Shown: one piece after another, positions 54,873-61,765 of the stretch
How the letters are laid out: every line of letters begins with the position of its first letter
Position numbering within the stretch: the first letter of the stretch is position 1
Origin: Ancylonema sp.
Lineage: Eukaryota
Reading direction: 5' to 3'
NCBI GenBank assembly: GCA_050230475.1
Contig: JBFLGF010000157.1
Location: 1 to 61,765 of the forward strand
DNA length: 61,765 bases
The notes under the pieces: model-generated
What the model was told of the DNA's origin: nothing
Database searches by the model: none
Seen by the model: the letters and a program-made list of their open reading frames with translations, nothing else
Made by a program: the position numbers and the translations under genes

Positions 54873-55840
54873 CACTTTTAAATTGAGTGCGGCCGATTTT
54901 CGCAGGCAGATGTCTGGTTCAAACATCTGCCAGACAACAGGAATGGTTTTTTTTCAAAGTGTGCGAATGTTTTAGCATGCAATAAGAAATAGAAAGCAAG
55001 TCTGCCAAGTCTACGGTCCACACTTATGCCACATGAATCCCGCTGCACACAATCGGAATCCATTCGGTCTGTATCTTGGTGAGTGAACGACAAATCTCAG
55101 TCTAAGGCACAGTTTGCAGTCTTAGGTACACTGCACGCCAGGAAGCATGTTTTGATGAGGACTGCTTGCCAGGAGGGCTGAGGCGGGTGATCATCCGTGA
55201 GGGATGAGGAGGAGAGGCGGGATGGGGCGGGCATGCCGAAGATGAGCATGGCAGATGTCAGGGACATTGCCACGGCTCAGGAGAGGGCGCAGATGTCGCG
55301 GGACGCCGAGCTGCGAATGTTTGGCTTGTTGCCAAGTGAGAAGGAGGGGAAGAAAGAGGGAGGGGGGAAGGAGGAGGGAAAGGGGAAGCTCAAGGAAGGT
55401 GGAGTAAGGGGGTCTGGAAATGGAGGGGGAAGGGGATTTGGGAATGGAGGAGGGATGGGGGGGAACCCCCTATCAAGTGCGTCAGTCACATGTCAGGGGT
55501 TAGAGCGCAAGGCAGTGGACTGCTCCACGATGAAGCGGGAGTAGACCGCGGGGAGGTTGCGGGAAGCTTTGAGGACTGCACTAGCAGACGCGGGAAGGGT
55601 GTGAAAGCACCCTTCGCCGCTACATCCCATTGTTGGTCTGCCATCAAAACTAAGGTAATATACTGAAGTTTTACAAGATATTGCATATCTACTTCCGAAG
55701 TACAGGTGTGAGGGATCGGCATCTCGGTATATATTGTATCTGTGCCGTCCAAGTCCCATCTTGGACATTGTGCCTTTTATGGCCCGGTTGTGAAGTCGTT
55801 GAAAGTACAGACCGGCGACGGTCGTAACAACAGGTCTTAA

Positions 55841-56435
55841 GAGCATCAACTATGGTCGGACTACTCCACACGGACTACTAATTCCGCCACGGACGGGGTC
55901 GAATCAAGTTAAATGTCCCACACAATAGTCGGAACTAGACAACTTTCGATGGACTACGAGTTGTCCATTTTAAAGTGCCAAGACAACTTGTAGGCAATGT
56001 TGTCCGGAAGGACTACTGAGTAGTCCATCAACCTAACGAATCAAACGCGCTAAAATAACGCGGCCCAAATCTCGTCGAAACCAATGAACGACCGCGACGA
56101 AGATCCTGATGACGATTTGAAAGTATCTAAATATTGATGGACGGATATTGGTGAATTGGGAGTTACGAATCCCATCGTACGTTTCGCTAAAATTGTACGA
56201 CCTCGATCTACGGTTTTTCGTAGCGGATTCAATAATCAACGGCCGCGATGCTCTATTCAACGCAAAATTGCTGAGGTGGCCGTAGTTCGCGATGAAGTCC
56301 CTGACCATAGGTCGGCGACAAAATTTGGCGAGCGAAAGGCCCGATGACGGCTAGTCTGCATGGACTACTCGGGAGGTGAATCAAGGCGATTCCTCGAGTT
56401 GTCCACCAAAAGTAGTCCAACCATACTTGACGCTC
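55841..56435. mobile_element. PIF/Harbinger (Tourist-like) MITE
   Basis: TAA|GAGCATCAACTATGGTCGGACTACT at the left end and AGTAGTCCAACCATACTTGACGCTC|TAA at the right end. 25-bp TIR with 3 mismatches and a TAA TSD. Confidence 0.88.
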
Positions 56436-56670
56436 TAAGACGACATTCGAGGTAGGGAGGTTGTTACTTTGACAGTCAGAGATGACATTATCAAGTACGT
56501 GAAACATAAAGACATGACATACATATCGGTGACGTCACATACGTGCGGATAGCAAAAGCACATTACAAACACGCTAAGGACACATGCGGACACGTGTGGA
56601 TAGCGATCCGTCCACGTTCCGTACATCATAGAAGCGCAAGCCACGCTAGCTACATGCAACACAACAAACA

Positions 56671-56843
<173 letters not shown>

Positions 56844-58502
56844 AATCTAGCAAGCAAGCTAGCATGCACAAGTTTGGTTTAACTACTATCCAAGGCAATG
56901 GAAGCCCTTGGATGCCTAGATGCGCCGTGAGCTCCCGATCTATTTGGCTATGTGGGTATTCTTGCCAACCTACGCAGCGGAGTGCAGCGATGTCAAGCGG
57001 AGCTAGCAAGACACGTGCAAGGAGACGATAGAGATTCCGGGATGTTATCGAACATGTTAGGGTACAAAGCTATATGTGTCCCTTATCTAGTGCAGTGGGT
57101 GAGGTCCCCATGCACGCGCGAAATTAGCGCCAAGCACTCGTCGTAACTATACGAGCAGATTTACTTTAGAAAATCGGAACTCTCGGTCACCGGAGGGTCA
57201 TCCGTCTTACTGTCCCGCGTTACAAAGGTGGCATGTATGCAATGCTAAACGTAACGTATAACGTAACGTATAATCTATAACGTATGCAATGCTACGTTGG
57301 TTATGACAAGGGCGTATCCGCCATTAACCTATCGGCTACATCTGGAGCGTATCCGTTATAAGCTACCGGTCCCTAGCGCTACAACAGGCTCTCCCGCACC
57401 GTTGAAGGTATTTTGGGGTCGGCATAGGGTATAGGGAGATTCCCGTCGCTACAAGGTTTCGAAATAATTTTGATTTCCCTTTGAAAATAGGAGGCCATGA
57501 AGCTCCTCCAGTTGCTCCGGTGGTGGTGTGTTATCATTGGCTCTCTAAGATTACATTGTTGTTGCTATTTGTAGCCAAGAGGATGCCGCTGTGATGATTG
57601 TAACCGCTGTGGTTAAACTTTTGGCCGAACGCCGCTCTTCGAGCTCGTTGGCGCCCTCCTTCTAAATTTTTAAGCTTGAAAAGTGTTAGTCACTTAAGCA
57701 CTCCATTACATTTGCCATCTAATGCTTTGCGTTGTCAGTAGAGTACATGGTGTTAGTTGGAATAGTTTGAGTCTTAGTGTGTGATTGATTCTCATCGCAC
57801 ATCGGCAAGAAGAAAATCTATCGCCTTGAATAGTTTGTTATTTTTTTGGGGTACATAGAATCTTGATGTGATGGTGTGGCATGAGTTGATTGTGATAGAA
57901 GTGCGGGGGCACATCCATTTTTGTGGAAGTGAGTCTGTCTTCTTTGATTGAGTATCTAGACTTGGAACTTTGGGTCTTTTCTAGAACGAGCTGAGATGCA
58001 GTCCCTGTGTGATGTTACGATCTTGAGCGGTACGATTGATAATAAACTTGTATTGCGACTTTTTTGTCGTATCGTACATGATCGTTACATCATAATTCGT
58101 TATACAAACTACCCACAACTTCGAGTGTATACCCACATTCATCGCATAAATCACGAAGGACCCCTACCCTTTCACCATAAGCATCAAATTCTACACATGC
58201 TTTACGTTTTGCCGTTTGGAATCTCCACTTTTCTAAAATCCCTTCGCGTTTGGGTGCAATTATGCTGAAAAACGTTATTAGCAAAAACTCTCGCAATCAA
58301 TATTATCCACACCTTTCAGTATATAATTCCCGAAATTCCGACGGCCAGAAGTAGAAGTCAAAATGAGTGACAGAGGAGGCAACCACACTTTCTATTTTTT
58401 TCGGTGATGTGGCAATGACACGTGCTGAATGAAAAGTTACAACGGAAACCACTGAAATGGTTGGCGTAGGACCCGCCATGGCGGGATGGATTTAAATCAC
58501 AC

Positions 58503-59749
58503 CATAGCTGCACGAAGTAAGAACCGGTTCCGAACCGGATCTTAGATAGAACCGGTTCCGACAAAAGAAGCCGATAGTTCGGAACTAAAGAAAATAGGGG
58601 ATTTCCACTAAAATACCATTTCAATGGGTATCATTTCACTGAAGTACCATTTCAATGACATTGAAAAATTGGGCACATGCCCAATTAGTTGTGTAGCTTG
58701 ACACGAGCTATTAAATAAAAAAACACAAAATAAATGATATACATTATAAAAAATCCTATAAAAATTGTATAAACTCTCTTGTTTTTTTTTGGGGGTCGAT
58801 TTCTATGATTTGTCAAGTTTGTCAATATTCCATTTTCCCTATAATGTATAACAAGTTGATTGAGAATATTACATCTTATTATCTCCATCCGAACAACGCC
58901 TTCATTTCACATGTTTTTCCTTATATCTTGAAGGCCTGATACTTCCACGTCAAAGTATTCGCATATTGCGAGAATAATATATTTATTATCTCATCAACAA
59001 TCTCAATTTGTCACTTGTCTTTCGTCTTTACTCTTTCTCTCCTTCAAGTTCATTGCTCAATCGATACAATGTTTCTATGCTAATAACCACCTCTTGTAAT
59101 ATGTCCCCTACTATCCAAACCTCATACTTCTCTAAACTACAATTTTCATGTTATGCTCTTAACATCCATAAACTTAAAAATAATTAACGGATCTCGTACG
59201 TCCAACTTAAGTTTTGTCTTCAATCGTCTCTCTATACATAGACAACACTTTTGGATTGTAATCCTATCGCTTCCCTTCTCTCACTTTTATAGTAGTCGGA
59301 ATATCTTAGGTGGAGGACATTCCTGATGCACTTTTACTCCTTACTTCCTTTCCCTTATGTACATATTTTTTTACATACCGTCTATGCTCTTTCATCTCGT
59401 TATTTTCAGCTGTCCACACACTTTGGCACAAATGCATTCACTTCTATGAACCTAATGCATCTACCCCAACGCTCGCAATGTGATTTCGGCGAAAAAAAAT
59501 GCACCACGTCTTGGAATGGCGCGATCAAGGATACTGTAACATAGAAACCCGCGCCATCTTTGTACGACGACATCATTTGAATAAACTTGAACAATACATG
59601 TCATAATATTTGCAGTTGTATTAACTTACGTGACGGAAAAGAGGAAATCCCTAAGAATCAACCGGTTCGCTCGGTTCTCCCGGTTCTGAACCAATTCTAT
59701 CTTGGAACCGGTTCCAAAATGAAAAAAACGGACGGTTCGTGCAACTGTG
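58503..59749 (+). mobile_element. Non-autonomous hAT element, diverged relative of 16414-17334
   Basis: Ends CATAGCTGCACGAAG and GTTCGTGCAACTGTG. TSD AATCACAC/AATAACAC. Shares the GAACCGGTTCC subterminal blocks and the internal AATGCACCACGTCTTG. Confidence 0.87.
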
Positions 59750-60847
59750 AATAACACTGTAGGGGGGGATGGTTGCCGTTAGCAAAAAGGTGGGTGCCCT
59801 TAGAACCCTCATTAATCATTCGGTCAATTTACTGAGAAGACGACCGGATGTGGTATGTACCTTCGCCTCGCGTTACCCTTTTTAGTAGGGTGGGTGCTAT
59901 TGTCTTTGGAGTCAACGAATTGGCGATTTTATTTCAGTGTGCGAACACTAGGTGCCTTCATGTAGGGTTCAGTGGATAGCGACAAAAGGTACACAATACA
60001 TAACATTGTTAGGCACAAGTGTGCATTTCGGCGAAGGAAGGGTATGAGATTTGGGGCGGTGAGTTGGGTGGAGAGATCGCTTCCTCATTCGCCTTTGAGA
60101 AGCTGGAGCCCACTTCTACAGATATAGCCGCAATGATGTCATTTCTTAAAGGAAGGAGCACATATTTCTACCCTAAAACATCTTTTCTAAATCATATGTT
60201 GTGTGTGTGTGATTACACATATACATACACCGAATTCCATCGAATGTACGATAAGCGTACCAAATAGCTAAAACATGCGCGTTGCACATTTCATCCTCTA
60301 CACATTCTCTTGTACAAGCTTAAAGAACTTCTCTCTCGCTTTGTATTTTCCATGAGCAAGTACACAAGGGAATGTCCGTTGAAAGTAAACAATGAGACAC
60401 TATTACAATAAGACAAGTCGGTCCACAATCAAAAGCGGGCAAAGTGATATGACAAGCATTGGTAGATTTTACATTTTACATTTCAACACGCGATTCCGTG
60501 TTGGATCCAACGTGCATGGTGCTCTCGGTGTGGAGATGTACTTTGTGAATTTTGTAATCATTGCGTTAATCTTATCCATGATCATGCCTGACTACAACAC
60601 CATGTTTGTTGTCTAAAACTATTCGAGTCCACCCGATAAGTGTTGTAGTTGCTTTGATTACAATGTTAAGGCCCAAGAAGCTACACACATTAGATAGAGC
60701 TCCAGGGTAGAGAGGACAGGGTCACCCTGCGCCTACACAAATTGTTTTTAGCCACACCACCTTGCCATAAGCTTTGTACACGATACGTACACAACCCACT
60801 GACAACTTAGATAACTTCGAGTTTCGAGTCACTTGTTCACTCTCAAA

Positions 60848-60903
60848 CTTCCGTACTTCCGTACTTCCGTACTTCCGTACTTCCGTACTTCCGTACTTCC
60901 GTA
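60848..60903. repeat. (CTTCCGTA)x7 perfect tandem repeat
   Basis: Seven exact 8-mers about 70 nt downstream of the stop codon of the minus-strand gene. Confidence 0.95.
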
Positions 60904-60971
60904 CACACGCTCTACCCGCCTATCGTCCGACCCAAAAGTGGTTCCCCACTCCCTCCCATAAACCACAGCAA

Positions 60972-61765
60972 CTACACGGACACGATAAACGCTTGCAACG
61001 GGTTCGGCATCTGGTGGTCCCTCCTCGCCAGAAACGTGTGCGCGTCGTTCATGACCGCCCACAAGCTGCACTTCCACAACGCCGCCCCCTTCCGATCGCG
61101 CCAAATCAACCGCCCCAGTTCCGCCAGCGACACGCAGTCCCTGCGCACGCACTTCACCGCGCTCTTCTTGTTGGGCTCATAGTAGTCTGCGACGGCGACA
61201 GCTCCCAGGGACACGTAGCCGGGGGGGGCGCGGGGCATCCAGATGGTGACGGGGGTCTTGGCGTGGCTGTCCGTGTCTCGCCAAATCTGGGCATCGCCAA
61301 ATAAGCGTCGAAAATATTGGGTTTCGAGACGGCATGGGCACCCCATGAGTCGATTTGATTCATGTCTCCTTCCCTACCAGACCACTACACGGCGCATTTC
61401 TTTGAAAAACCTACAGCCCGATTACTGCGCACTTTAATATCTTCCCCACGCTTCAACAAGGACGAATACACAGATATCACAATTTACCACCGTCCCATTC
61501 CCACTGTAAATTAAAGCACAAAACCCTCTCCCGCCCTATTTGCCGCGAAACACCCCCCCCTCCTACTCCCCCCCAGGTGCCACAGCCAGGAAAATACAGG
61601 TGGCGGTCTTTCATCCTTGGTGCCCCCATGTCCCCAGCCTCCTCTTTCTCACCACGTCGAACCCCTCTGGGTCTGCGAACTTCCCCACCCCATCGTCGCG
61701 GTACACCATGCTCCTCTCCGGCTGGTTGTGACCCGCAACCGCCAGGTCACCCACGGACACGAAAC
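60972..61765 (-). CDS. VPS13: Last two exons of a protein ending in Vps62/DUF946-like repeats, most like the C-terminus of plant VPS13 (M-type); partial at window edge
   Basis: Exons >61765-61653 (GFVSVGDLAVAGHNQP...FADPEGFDV) and 61286-60972 (IWRD...PVTIWMPRAPPGYVSLGAVAV...WKCSLWAVMNDAHTFLARR*), joined in phase 0 by a GT-AG intron. A stand-alone DUF946 protein cannot be excluded. Confidence 0.7.

Overview
Eukaryotic nuclear DNA from a green plant lineage, most likely a streptophyte alga or early-diverging plant. The taxon is inferred from plant-type proteins, a plant-type tRNA-Thr and degenerate TTTAGGG tracts. The standard genetic code is used. Hand-spliced host genes: tRNA-Thr(AGT) (-), mitochondrial ATP synthase beta (+, 10 exons), an Sfp-type 4'-phosphopantetheinyl transferase (-, 8 exons) head-to-head with COQ4 (+, 4 exons, first intron probably GC-AG), RPL29 (+), a DUF2921-like membrane protein (-) and the 3' end of a VPS13/Vps62-repeat gene (-). 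Intergenic DNA is dense with nested transposons. There are many CATAGTTG-ended hAT elements with 8-bp TSDs (about seven families with distinct subterminal motifs), a decayed intron-containing hAT transposase, CCGTA-ended TA-TSD (Tc1/mariner-like) MITEs and a Tourist-like MITE. An old Ty1/copia element retains both LTRs and carries an opposite-strand retropepsin-coding insert. No CRISPR array or prokaryotic system is present. All alignments and counts were done by eye, and family assignments come from remembered motifs rather than database searches.
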